In this document: piece by piece, positions 18,368 to 27,698 of the stretch | Layout of the letters: every line of letters begins with the position of its first letter | How positions within the stretch are numbered: the stretch's first letter is position 1 | The notes under the pieces: generated by a model | What the model saw: the letters and a program-made list of their open reading frames with translations, nothing else | What the model was told of the DNA's origin: nothing | The model's database searches: none | Program-made: the position numbers and the translations under genes | Source of the DNA: an uncultured Pseudomonadales bacterium | GTDB lineage: Bacteria; Patescibacteriota; Microgenomatia; UBA1400; PJMF01 | Reading direction: 5' to 3' | Assembly (NCBI GenBank): GCA_964521215.1 | Contig: CAZFRD010000001.1 | Coordinates: 59,210-123,209, forward strand | DNA length: 64,000 bases

Positions 18368-19918
18368 CTAGTTGGATTGTACTACATCTGCAACTGAGTG
18401 GGGATCTGATTGTAATAAGGCTGCCGCAACCCTTTCGGGTAGACTGGCAGGTACTTCATCGAGCAATTCTGCGGCTACTGGTGCGGAAACGACGGAAATA
18501 TCAAAGTGGACATCCCCTCCCACTAGCGAGTGAAGAATTGGCTGAATTGCCGCATAATGCTTGAGATTAACCAGTTGCTCTTTGTGAAATTGGTAGTAGA
18601 CCTCAATTTCTAAATGATGGCGGTCGGCTCTCCTGGGTTGGGCAGAACGAAATAAAGCCGCTAGTGTCGTATTATGATTACCAATTTCGGTCAGAAACTG
18701 CGACCAATTGGCCAGTAACTTATGAGCATCTCCTTTGATGGCAGGTGACTCAGTTTTAATATGAGTAGCTGGTTTGGCGATTTTTGAGCTACCTGATCCA
18801 TTTTCATTCGGTTTGACTTTTTGTTTGGCACGCTCAATGATGTTTAAACAAATTATCTCTAAATTTAAAAAAGGCAGAGGACTTTGATTGTTGGTGGTAA
18901 GTTGAGCAAACTCTTTGAGTAAAAATAGGTTAATCGCCACGGTGCGAGCGGGTTGGTTTTCGGTGGTGGGTAAATAATGGAGCAGTAGATCCTGATGAAT
19001 GGTTTCAAGCAATTGTGTGGTAAATAATTTTTCATCGCTCACTTCTGCCCGCAACGTCACAAATAAGCGACAGATCTCGGCGGAATCTTTGTCTAACAGG
19101 GCTTTAATCAGTTGCTCGATGCTGTTGGAGAAAGAGGGAGAGATAAGCGCTTCGACTAGATCGAGATCGCAGTTGGGGTAAGACGCAATTTTTTGTAAAT
19201 ATTTCACCCCATCGCGGAAACTACCATTGGCGAGTTCGGCAATTCTGGTTACTACTTCATCGGAAAACTCGAGTGATTCACTCAAGGCCACTTGGCGAAG
19301 CGCTGTTTCCAGTTCCGACAGCGTCGCTTGGTGAAAATAAACCACTTGGCAACGAGAGATAACTGTTTCGGGAATTTTTTGCAGTTCGGTAGTGGCGAGG
19401 ATAAAAGTAGTGTGGGCTGGTGGTTCCTCGAGAATTTTTAGCAAAGCATTAAAAGCTGGCGTCGTTAACATGTGAACTTCATCCAGAATAAAAACAGCAA
19501 TCGTGCCCTCAATTGGGGTTAGTTGTGCTTGATCCTTAACTGAACGAACTTCGTTAATCCCTCGATTGCTGGCCGCATCCAGTTCGTGCACAGTAAAAGA
19601 GTTGCCGGCGAGAATTTTTTGGACCAGTGAGTTGCTCAGATCGGGATCATGCAGTGGTTTGGTTGCCGGTTGACGTTGAAGATAGTGTTGATTGACTAGC
19701 GGTTCATTCTGGGGATCGTTGAGTAGAGCGCCAATAATTCTGGCTGAAGTGGTTTTGCCAGTCCCTTTGGGTCCAGCGAAAAGCAGTACTTGAGGAAATA
19801 ACCCTTCTTTTTGGTACTTCAAGAGTTGGTTACGAACCGACACTTGATGTAACTGTGACAGATTAGTCGGGCGATGTCTGCTAGTCCATGCGAGGGCGGA
19901 ATTAAGCTTCTTCTTCAT
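18368..19918 (-). CDS. dnaX: DNA polymerase III subunit gamma/tau
   Basis: AAA+ clamp-loader motifs are present: LLFAGPKGTGKTTSARI, ELDAASNRGINEVR, ILDEVHMLT...FNALLKILEEPP and ISRCQ. Likely start is MKKKLNSALAWTSRHRP. Confidence 0.85.
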   Translation of the reverse strand: MKKKLNSALAWTSRHRPTNLSQLHQVSVRNQLLKYQKEGLFPQVLLFAGPKGTGKTTSARIIGALLNDPQNEPLVNQHYLQRQPATKPLHDPDLSNSLVQKILAGNSFTVHELDAASNRGINEVRSVKDQAQLTPIEGTIAVFILDEVHMLTTPAFNALLKILEEPPAHTTFILATTELQKIPETVISRCQVVYFHQATLSELETALRQVALSESLEFSDEVVTRIAELANGSFRDGVKYLQKIASYPNCDLDLVEALISPSFSNSIEQLIKALLDKDSAEICRLFVTLRAEVSDEKLFTTQLLETIHQDLLLHYLPTTENQPARTVAINLFLLKEFAQLTTNNQSPLPFLNLEIICLNIIERAKQKVKPNENGSGSSKIAKPATHIKTESPAIKGDAHKLLANWSQFLTEIGNHNTTLAALFRSAQPRRADRHHLEIEVYYQFHKEQLVNLKHYAAIQPILHSLVGGDVHFDISVVSAPVAAELLDEVPASLPERVAAALLQSDPHSVADVVQSN

Positions 19919-20300
19919 GATGATATCCAAGTAAATGGAGCAAACCATGTTCTACAAAAAAACAAATTTGGTCGTCCACTAGTCTACCAAAACGCCTCGC
20001 TTGTTCAAGGGCAGCAGGGAAACTGATGACTATATCTCCCAAGTGAGGTGGCATGGAGGCTGGCAAAGGAAAGTCATTCAAATTTTGCTTTTCGTGAAGT
20101 GGAAATGATAAGACATCTGTAGCGCCATCATGACCAAGCCGAGTTTGGTTCAGTTCGATAATTTTTCTTTTGCCTACGATGGAGATATCGACTTGGGCGT
20201 CAACAATTTTATATTCAGTTAGTAGTTTAAGAGCAGCGTCTCGAATTTTCTTCCGGTCAACCGGAAAGCGCGAACCAACATTGAGGTTGATGTAAATCAT
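19902..20300 (-). CDS. ybeY: rRNA maturation endoribonuclease YbeY
   Basis: The C-terminus carries the metal-binding motif HGLLHLLGYHHEEEA (H-x3-H-x5-H). Confidence 0.8.
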   Translation of the reverse strand: MIYINLNVGSRFPVDRKKIRDAALKLLTEYKIVDAQVDISIVGKRKIIELNQTRLGHDGATDVLSFPLHEKQNLNDFPLPASMPPHLGDIVISFPAALEQARRFGRLVDDQICFFVEHGLLHLLGYHHEEEA

Positions 20301-20578
20301 AAGCCTTTATTTCCGTTGACTAAAGCAAACTTGTCGGTGATTTCTCTCAACACTAGCGTGACCTGGGGGATTTGCTGTTGTAACCATTGAGCGATTTGTT
20401 CCGCTGAGCTTGAAGCATTAACGACTTGTGATGCAAATTCACTTTGTTGGTCGGTATCTAGTTGCTCGCCCAGAGCAGTGAGGATTAGTGACAACTGTAG
20501 GTGCTGTGCCATATCGGAATCCGCCCAAACAATGGTCGGTAAGATAGTGGTAAAGACATTGGTTAATTTTGTGTTCAT
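20297..20578 (-). CDS. hypothetical protein
   Basis: 93-aa ORF in the operon with ybeY; its stop overlaps the ybeY start. No family recognised. Confidence 0.3.
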   Translation of the reverse strand: MNTKLTNVFTTILPTIVWADSDMAQHLQLSLILTALGEQLDTDQQSEFASQVVNASSSAEQIAQWLQQQIPQVTLVLREITDKFALVNGNKGL

Positions 20579-20594
20579 ATAAATAAATTAAGGT

Positions 20595-21326
20595 TTAGTT
20601 GATCAATATTCCAGTCTGATGGTTGGCGGTGGAGGAATCGAGGAAAAAAATCGCCGCTAAACCGTTACAGCCGGGAGACCAAAAGCCACCGTCTTTGACG
20701 AGCTGAGGTGTGCCACCAAACTGGTAGCGTCTGGTGTGATAAGGACCCAGATCTACAATTTTGGCCAACAGCGCTTTTTCTAGCACAGGATTAATCACCA
20801 GTACAAAGTTTTCGGCAAACTGTTTTTTTTCTTGCTCTGAAGTGGTCTGCCATTGAGGGAGCTCGTGAAGTGGCAAGGCTACGCCATAGTTTTCGGTTTG
20901 CCAACCAAAGTAGCTTCGTTGCGGCCTGAGCCCAGCTTCCAAGATTACTTGGTGCTCTGAGAGAGCGTCGGTGGGTGACGATTTCAGGTGTGCATGTGCC
21001 TCGATTTGACCGACTAAATAAGGTAGACTGCCAAGACAACTTTCGGCGGATAAAACTAATCCATAGATGTCGCTCAATTGTTGTTCTAGGTAGAGCAAGG
21101 TCTCTTGCTTGATAGAAGTAATTGGTTGACTATTGATGTGACGCAGTTTCTCAAAGATAACTGAACGCTCTGAACGGTTGAGAGCCTGCAATGGTTCGTT
21201 CAATGCTTGGTCGACCGACACTTTATGGCCAGGTGGTTGAAAAAACTGTTGAGCAGAAGGAAAAACCTTTAGTAAATTTTGATAGGCAGTCTCCGCCTTT
21301 GGTGTTAAATCTAGGTTTTGAGTCAT
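20595..21326 (-). CDS. hypothetical protein
   Basis: 243-aa ORF between gltX and ybeY. No family recognised. Confidence 0.35.
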   Translation of the reverse strand: MTQNLDLTPKAETAYQNLLKVFPSAQQFFQPPGHKVSVDQALNEPLQALNRSERSVIFEKLRHINSQPITSIKQETLLYLEQQLSDIYGLVLSAESCLGSLPYLVGQIEAHAHLKSSPTDALSEHQVILEAGLRPQRSYFGWQTENYGVALPLHELPQWQTTSEQEKKQFAENFVLVINPVLEKALLAKIVDLGPYHTRRYQFGGTPQLVKDGGFWSPGCNGLAAIFFLDSSTANHQTGILIN

Positions 21327-21339
21327 AGATGTCTATTGG

Positions 21340-22770
21340 TTAAAGTTGAGCCCTGGCAACTGAGAGTCTTTCTGTGGTTTGTGACTTGCCCATCACTAAG
21401 ATAGTTTCGAACAGTGGCGGAGTGGCTGTTTTACCAGTAATGGCGTAACGCAACAACATGAAATATTGTTTTCTCAGCCAGGAGTTCTTTTCCTGTAGGT
21501 CTCTCATGCTCGCTTCGACTTGTTCGAGGCTCCATTCCGGCAAGTTCTCTAGCTGTTCAATTGTTTGACTAAGTTGGTTCATGACGAGTTCGCTGTTGGC
21601 TTTGGCTAGTAATTTTTCAGTAGTTACTTCAATTGGACGATAGAAAAAGTCGGTCAACGACTCGATTTGATTGAGTTGCTCCAGTCGCTCCTGAATTAAC
21701 GGCAAAATTTCAGCCGCTTTTTCTTTGGGAAAATCGGCAGGTAAAAAAGGTTGAGCTAACAGTAAAAAGTCGGCTGGCGAATATTGTCGAATGTACTGGC
21801 CATTGAGCCAACGCAATTTGGCTAAATCCACAATCGGACCAGTAATGTGTACTGCCGAAAATTTAAACAACTCAATGGCATCCTGCAAAGAAAAGATGTC
21901 TAATTGTTCTGGATGCGTCCAGACGATCGATAAGAGGAAGTTGATCAAAGCTTCGGGCAGAATACCTTCTGAGCGATACCAGGTTACCGATGTGTGACCA
22001 TGACGTTTGGATAACTTTGATTTGTCAGGATTTCTCAGGGTTGGTGTGTGAAAAAATATAGGTTTTTCCCAACCAAAGCAATCATATAACAACATGTGTT
22101 TGGGGGCTGAACTGAGCCATTCCTCACCCCGAATTACATGCGAGATTTCCATTAAGTGATCATCAACCACCACGGCTAGATGATAAGTGGGAAAACCATC
22201 GGATTTGAGTAAAACTTGATCATCTATATCACTGCTTTGAAAACTAATTGCCCCCCTGACTACGTCGTCGACCACGATGGTGGTAGCTGATGGAATTTTT
22301 AATCTAATGACAGATGGTTCATGCTTAGCTTTCTCTCTCGCTTCTGCTGGGGGAAGTGAGCGACAAAGCTTGTCATACATTGGTGGCCGACCGTCTTTTT
22401 GGCATTGATCTCTGACGCTGGCTAATCTTTCTGGTGAACAGAAGCAATAGTAAGCATGGTCGGCATCGATTAATTGTTGAGCATACCGTTGGTATAACGC
22501 TAATCGTTCGGATTGTCGGTATGGACCGTAGTCGCCAGCTTTTTTGGGACTTTCGTCTGGTTGAATTCCCACCCAATCCAAGGCGTCGTAAACAGCTTGC
22601 TCAGCCAGCGGGTCGAGTCTTTTTTGGTCTGTATCTTCAATTCGCAGAATAAATTTACCATTTAACTGTTTGGCGATGATATAGTCTAATAATGCCTGGA
22701 ATATCGTACCTATGTGTGGTAAACCCGTCGGACTGGGAGCGATTCTAGTACGTACAGGAAGGGTGTTCAT
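21340..22770 (-). CDS. gltX: glutamate--tRNA ligase
   Basis: Class I motifs are present: RIAPSPTGLPHIGTIFQAL...LRIEDTDQKR and KLSKRHGHTS. Confidence 0.9.
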   Translation of the reverse strand: MNTLPVRTRIAPSPTGLPHIGTIFQALLDYIIAKQLNGKFILRIEDTDQKRLDPLAEQAVYDALDWVGIQPDESPKKAGDYGPYRQSERLALYQRYAQQLIDADHAYYCFCSPERLASVRDQCQKDGRPPMYDKLCRSLPPAEAREKAKHEPSVIRLKIPSATTIVVDDVVRGAISFQSSDIDDQVLLKSDGFPTYHLAVVVDDHLMEISHVIRGEEWLSSAPKHMLLYDCFGWEKPIFFHTPTLRNPDKSKLSKRHGHTSVTWYRSEGILPEALINFLLSIVWTHPEQLDIFSLQDAIELFKFSAVHITGPIVDLAKLRWLNGQYIRQYSPADFLLLAQPFLPADFPKEKAAEILPLIQERLEQLNQIESLTDFFYRPIEVTTEKLLAKANSELVMNQLSQTIEQLENLPEWSLEQVEASMRDLQEKNSWLRKQYFMLLRYAITGKTATPPLFETILVMGKSQTTERLSVARAQL

Positions 22771-23927
22771 GGTGTTTCGGTTTGGGTAATATTGAGATAA
22801 CTGGGGTCTAGAGCAGAAACATAGCCAAGAAAGCCATCGTCACCAGAAAAGACATAAATCGGTTGCAAGTACATCTGGGGAGCAGTGGAGTCGTAGTAAC
22901 CCAAACTCACTTGACGAATAGTTGCTTGTTCTGACTTGATTGGGTGAGAAATATAGCCTTCCCCACCTTGGAGTATCTCCCAGGCTTGCTTAACGGGTCG
23001 AAGAGGATAGGTATGAATGACTGAGTAATCAATCGGATAATAATAGTAATCAAGTTTGAGTATGTTTTCAATATCTTTGATATTTCCTACTAGTGCATGA
23101 ATTACTCCTTGGCCATCTCGATCCGTATACATTTCGAATTGACCTTCGACAGGCGCCCGATTTAGATCCACGGTGACAAAGTCGGCGTCGGTGACTGCCA
23201 CGGCAGGTATTAACTCAGCCCCAACACTTTTAACAAAGGCAAAACTGCCCGATGCCGTTGCTATATCAGGCTGGAGATCGAGCGCTGATTGGAGAAAGGT
23301 TTTTACCTCACTAATCGCGTCAAATTTCGTCGGTAATTCGGAATCAAGCAACAGCTCCGGACGATTGGCAAAGTCGCTCTGATAACTAAAAACATGATCC
23401 TGAATGTCGTACTCAATCGTAGTAAAAAGTGGTTGAGTTCTTTGCCAGCGATAAGTTCGGGAGTCAATAATTTCTGGCTCAAACACAAAATTAAGCTTAG
23501 TGGCAAATTGTTTGGCTTTTTCTGCATCTAGCAAACCGGGCGAGTTTTTTGGCATGAAGAAGACCAGCGCCCTATCGGAAAATTCCGGTAATCTACCAGT
23601 GGGTGTTTCCAAGATGTATTTACTTGGTTTATCTTCGTCAGGGGTAGTGGGAAATACGGGTGGGGGTAAAATGCCAAAACCCACTGTGGGAGGCGGGGGC
23701 GGCTCTGGGTGAGTGGCAATCCAATAGCGGATAAAAGCTCCGGATGCAAACCAAAAAACCAAAAATACCACTAAACCAACCCCACCAAAGAGAACAAAGT
23801 TTTTGCTAACTGTTTTTGCTTGAGTGAGGGTAAAGACTGATTTTTCTTCTGCCATATCAGGACTGTATTTTTGGAGTACAGTATAATCATACCTGCAAGT
23901 ATTCGCTATGACTAGAAGCTGATGCAA
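22767..23927 (-). CDS. hypothetical membrane-anchored protein with Pro-rich linker
   Basis: 386-aa ORF with a single transmembrane helix, then a PEPPPPPTVGFGILPPPVFPTTP segment and a large C-terminal domain. Its stop overlaps the gltX start. Confidence 0.4.
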   Translation of the reverse strand: MHQLLVIANTCRYDYTVLQKYSPDMAEEKSVFTLTQAKTVSKNFVLFGGVGLVVFLVFWFASGAFIRYWIATHPEPPPPPTVGFGILPPPVFPTTPDEDKPSKYILETPTGRLPEFSDRALVFFMPKNSPGLLDAEKAKQFATKLNFVFEPEIIDSRTYRWQRTQPLFTTIEYDIQDHVFSYQSDFANRPELLLDSELPTKFDAISEVKTFLQSALDLQPDIATASGSFAFVKSVGAELIPAVAVTDADFVTVDLNRAPVEGQFEMYTDRDGQGVIHALVGNIKDIENILKLDYYYYPIDYSVIHTYPLRPVKQAWEILQGGEGYISHPIKSEQATIRQVSLGYYDSTAPQMYLQPIYVFSGDDGFLGYVSALDPSYLNITQTETP

Positions 23928-24560
23928 TTTCGTATTCTTACTACTTTTCCTGAATATTTTGTCAGTCCGTTAAAATCATCGATTATTGGTAGGGCTATGG
24001 TGCAAAAAATAATCAGTATCAATTTGTTGAATATTCGCGATTTTACTCAAGATAAACATCGAACCACTGATGATCGGCCATTTGGCGGTGGCGCGGGTAT
24101 GGTGATGAAAATTGAGCCAATTGATTTGGCTCTTGAGAGTATAAAAATTCCCGATAATCAGAGCAATTTACGTATCCTCTTGTCTGCCAGAGGGAAAAGA
24201 TTTACTCAATTAGAGGCAGTGCGTTTGGCGAAATTTCAATCAATCACCCTAATTTGTGGTCACTATGGTGATGTTGATCAGCGAGTGGCGGAACACTTGG
24301 CTGATGAAGAAATTTCGGTGGGCGATTTTGTGTTGACGGGTGGCGAGCCAGCAGCTTTAATCTTGATCGATGCCGTTACTCGCCTGCTACCTGGAGTCCT
24401 GGGTAATGAACTCAGCACCGATGAGGAAAGTCACACCATTCCTGGAAAACTCAGTCCGCCCAGTTATACCAGGCCGGCCGATTATCAAGGTTGGAAGGTG
24501 CCAGAGGAACTGTTATCAGGCGATCCAAAGTTGATTGGTAAATGGAAGAAAACTAGATAA
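23922..24560 (+). CDS. trmD: tRNA (guanine37-N1)-methyltransferase
   Basis: MQFRILTTFPEYF...RDFTQDKHRTTDDRPFGGGAGMVMKIEP.... Confidence 0.85.
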   Translation: MQFRILTTFPEYFVSPLKSSIIGRAMVQKIISINLLNIRDFTQDKHRTTDDRPFGGGAGMVMKIEPIDLALESIKIPDNQSNLRILLSARGKRFTQLEAVRLAKFQSITLICGHYGDVDQRVAEHLADEEISVGDFVLTGGEPAALILIDAVTRLLPGVLGNELSTDEESHTIPGKLSPPSYTRPADYQGWKVPEELLSGDPKLIGKWKKTR

Positions 24561-24563
24561 GGC

Positions 24564-24579
24564 ACCGTTCCAAAATGGT
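24564..24579 (+). terminator. post-trmD hairpin accgtt-ccaa-aatggt followed by a T-rich segment
   Basis: Stem and CCAA loop with a G-U wobble pair. The ccgttccaaaa motif is shared with the post-gene hairpin at 38209..38224. Confidence 0.35.
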
Positions 24580-24610
24580 TATTTGTCTAAAGATCACACT
24601 ACACAAAATA

Positions 24611-24678
24611 AAAACATAGTTTAGTGTAAAGCACAGCCCTGTCTGGAGTCATGCTCTACACTAAGCTATCAAATAAAA
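24611..24678. repeat. intergenic imperfect-palindromic element, copy 1
   Basis: aaaacatagTTTAGTGTAAAGCACagccctgtctggagtcATGCTctacactaagctATCAAATAAAA. A 13-bp stem (ttagtgtaaagca / tgctctacactaa) encloses a 17-nt loop. A second copy is at 38309..38380. Confidence 0.6.
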
Positions 24679-24838
24679 CTAAGTAGTCGTGTTGTTAAAA
24701 AAATAACTTCACTGCACGAAACGATTGGCTGATTTAAGGTAATTATTTTGTAACGGTCTCTTTAAATAGGAGACTATTCTGAGCACCCATTTACTGGTAG
24801 AGGGACCCTTGGTGGAAAACCGATTGGCGGCAGGATGG

Positions 24839-25732
24839 TTAAAGCTCGCTGACTGTTTTTGATAAGCAGTCAACAATCTTGTCTGGGGTTAGTTTGAGAA
24901 TATTCCAAATCAAAGTGGAATCTAGTGCGGTGTGGGCTTGGTAAGGTCGGTTGGTAGTTTTTAAATAATCAGACAAACTTCCTTTTTTGATTTCTCCCCC
25001 ATAATTCATTAATTGAGCGATGGTTGAGGAAAAATCAAAATCAGTCCAAGTTTCATTATTAGTGGCGTGATACAGTCCGGTTACCTTATTTTCAATTACA
25101 CCCCGGATGATTTTCGATAAACTATCGATATAGGTTGGGCCAAAGGTATGATCGGTGAATTGGGGATAAAGCGTGTTTTGTCGTAACCCCTCGATCACTC
25201 GATGAGCCGTATCAAGTTTGCTAAATGCATCCGGGCGAAAAGGCTGATCGATCCTCAAGATTGTATGTCTGGGATTGATTTCCCGAATCGCTTCCTCTGC
25301 CAAAAGTTTGGTTTGACCATACCACTCAATGGGTCGAGGCTGATCAGACTCGACATAGGGAGTAGTTTTTTCTCCATCAAAAACATAGGCGGTTGATAAA
25401 TGAATGAGGTGAATGTTTTGCTCTTGGCAGACTTGGGCAATATTTTTCGTACCTAACACATTAACCTGGTAACACAATCCGTTTTTGTCACCTGTTTGTT
25501 CCCAGGCCGCAGTCACATTGGTAAAAGCGGCAAAATGTAACAAGGCTATTGGTTGTAAGTTGATGAGCGAGGCTCGAGTTGAGTCAATGTTGGTAATATC
25601 AACCGGGCGAGTTGGTTCGGCAATATCAAAATTAATAAATGAAAAATTGTTTTTCAGTTGAGAGACAAGCCGAGAGCCGACCAAACCATTTAAGCCCGTG
25701 CCAACAATTGTAGGTAACTTATTTTGGTTCAT
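24839..25732 (-). CDS. rfbD: dTDP-4-dehydrorhamnose reductase
   Basis: IVGTGLNGLVGSRL (Rossmann fold) ... YGQTKLLAEEAI (YxxxK). The likely start is MNQNKLPTIVG; the longer tracked ORF runs into rfbC. Confidence 0.8.
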   Translation of the reverse strand: MNQNKLPTIVGTGLNGLVGSRLVSQLKNNFSFINFDIAEPTRPVDITNIDSTRASLINLQPIALLHFAAFTNVTAAWEQTGDKNGLCYQVNVLGTKNIAQVCQEQNIHLIHLSTAYVFDGEKTTPYVESDQPRPIEWYGQTKLLAEEAIREINPRHTILRIDQPFRPDAFSKLDTAHRVIEGLRQNTLYPQFTDHTFGPTYIDSLSKIIRGVIENKVTGLYHATNNETWTDFDFSSTIAQLMNYGGEIKKGSLSDYLKTTNRPYQAHTALDSTLIWNILKLTPDKIVDCLSKTVSEL

Positions 25733-25743
25733 GGCGCTACTAG

Positions 25744-26367
25744 TTATTTCTGGTTTTTGGCGCCAAATTTCTCTGGAAATTTGGCGCGCAGTGAAACAGA
25801 CTGACGATCTCTTTCCGAAACTATCATTGATTTTTTGGCAATCGGCCACTCGACGTTGATATCTTGATCAAACAAGGAAATAGAGATATCACCGGATCGA
25901 TCTCGATCGGCATAGAGCGCATCCACAAAGTAAAGATAATCAACCGGTTCGGATAAGGCCAAAGCTGAGTTGGCGACGCCAGCAGGAATAAATAAAGAGC
26001 CATAAAGTGCATCATCATGGTTGCCCAGATTAAGACTAACAGATTGACCGAAGGTTCGAGATTGAGGCCGAACGTCAACCAGTACACAGTAGCAATAGCC
26101 ATGGACAATTGTGACCAACTTATTCCAATTTTCCGCATGAAAGCCTCTAATCACATTGATGTGTGAGTGAGAGTGATTGATTTGAACTGGGACAAAAGGT
26201 TTTTTGAGTGCCGAATTAAGATCGGGCAATCTCACTAACTCAGCATAATGTCCGCGATGATCTATATGTTTTTGCGATGCAGAAAAAAGCAATCCGGCAA
26301 TTGCTGTCTGGTAAATACCGTCGACAACATGGTTAGCTTCGGTGGGAATAAAATTGTCTGTAGGCAT
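25744..26367 (-). CDS. rfbC: dTDP-4-dehydrorhamnose 3,5-epimerase
   Basis: RmlC cupin fold: ...VRGFHAENWNKLVTIVHGYCYCVLVDVR...SLFIPAGVANSALALSEPVDYLYFVDALY.... Confidence 0.85.
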   Translation of the reverse strand: MPTDNFIPTEANHVVDGIYQTAIAGLLFSASQKHIDHRGHYAELVRLPDLNSALKKPFVPVQINHSHSHINVIRGFHAENWNKLVTIVHGYCYCVLVDVRPQSRTFGQSVSLNLGNHDDALYGSLFIPAGVANSALALSEPVDYLYFVDALYADRDRSGDISISLFDQDINVEWPIAKKSMIVSERDRQSVSLRAKFPEKFGAKNQK

Positions 26368-26373
26368 AATCAG

Positions 26374-27417
26374 CTAGCTCCTCGGCTGTTCATTATACTG
26401 CTTGGAAAAATAAGCTTGGTTGGCAGTTCTGAGTGGTTGCCACCATTGAGGATGTTGAACATACCAGTCGATGGTTAGTTGTAAACCTTGCTCCAAATCA
26501 ACGCTGGGACTCCAACCGAGTTGATCTTGAATCTTTTTCCAGTCAACACGATATTTGAGATCATGTCCAGGGCGATCGCTCACAAATTCAATTTGTTCTT
26601 CTGATTTTTTCATTAGTTTAATGATGAGTTTAATTAACTCAAGATTGCTAATTTCTTTGGTTAAACCGCCAATAAGGTAGGTATTGCCGATTGTGCCGTT
26701 GAGCAAAACTGCTTCAATAGCTCGACAATGATCTTGCACATATAACCAATCTCTAATTTGATTACCCTGACCATAAATTGGTACTGGACGACCCTCGATT
26801 AAATTAGTGATCGCCAGCGGTATTAATTTTTCTGGAAATTGATATTCGCCATAGTTATTCGAACAGTTAGTAATAGTAATAGGCAATCCGTAAGTTTCGG
26901 CATAAGCTCTGACCAAGTGGTCAGAGGCCGCTTTGCTCGCAGCATAAGGGCTTCTGGGGGCGTAGGGAGTTCTTTCATTAAAACTTACGGTGGATTCAAT
27001 GGGTAAGGATCCAAAAACTTCATCGGTAGAAATGTGATGAAATCGAGTCACCTGATGTTTCAAAGCAGATTTCAGCAGAGTGTGGGTACCAATCACGTTG
27101 GTTTGCAAAAAAAGATCGGGATTATTGATGGAGCGATCCACATGAGACTCAGCAGCGAAGTGCACCACGAGGTTGGTCTCGCTCATGAGCTTATCTACAG
27201 TTTCCGCATCATTAATATCGGCTTGGACGAAACGAATCTGCGATTCTTCTTCTAGCTCGGCTAGCGATGAGCGATTACCAGCGTAAGTTAGAAGATCGAG
27301 AATGATAATTTTATCTGCTGGATGTTGTTGGTGCCAATAATAGCAAAAGTTGGTGCCTATGAAACCTGCACCACCGGTAACCAGGATGGTTTGTTGTTTT
27401 TGATTAGTCTTGGACAT
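26374..27417 (-). CDS. rfbB: dTDP-glucose 4,6-dehydratase
   Basis: ILVTGGAGFIGTNF...HFAAESHVDRS...YAASKAASDHLVRAY. Confidence 0.9.
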   Translation of the reverse strand: MSKTNQKQQTILVTGGAGFIGTNFCYYWHQQHPADKIIILDLLTYAGNRSSLAELEEESQIRFVQADINDAETVDKLMSETNLVVHFAAESHVDRSINNPDLFLQTNVIGTHTLLKSALKHQVTRFHHISTDEVFGSLPIESTVSFNERTPYAPRSPYAASKAASDHLVRAYAETYGLPITITNCSNNYGEYQFPEKLIPLAITNLIEGRPVPIYGQGNQIRDWLYVQDHCRAIEAVLLNGTIGNTYLIGGLTKEISNLELIKLIIKLMKKSEEQIEFVSDRPGHDLKYRVDWKKIQDQLGWSPSVDLEQGLQLTIDWYVQHPQWWQPLRTANQAYFSKQYNEQPRS

Positions 27418-27434
27418 AGCTGAGTAATTGTATA

Positions 27435-27698
27435 CTATTTATTATAAGATTGATCAATTAAACGCTGAGTTTCTTCTCTGCCAAGTTGAGTTCTAACGCG
27501 GACAAACATGTCTTCTAACTTAAGATATTTTTTATTTTCCTGACGGTAAAGTTCTTGAAAAAGACCCATGAGCAGTGCAAAAATAACGGTCGTAAGCAGT
27601 AGGATGCGCAGGATGTTTTTTGAATTTGGAAGGGTAATTAGTGGTTTTTGCATAATTAAGCGATCATTATTCAGATGCAAATAATAGCGACTGAACAT
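27435..27698 (-). CDS. small hypothetical membrane protein
   Basis: 87-aa ORF with one hydrophobic helix; it overlaps the 5' end of the LCP gene. Confidence 0.25.
   Translation of the reverse strand: MFSRYYLHLNNDRLIMQKPLITLPNSKNILRILLLTTVIFALLMGLFQELYRQENKKYLKLEDMFVRVRTQLGREETQRLIDQSYNK

Noticed and set aside
24611-24678. Repeat element as a tRNA or tmRNA-like gene
   Set aside because: It has no T-arm GTTCRANYC consensus, no D-arm, and no CCA-compatible acceptor geometry. The stem-loop is a simple long hairpin.
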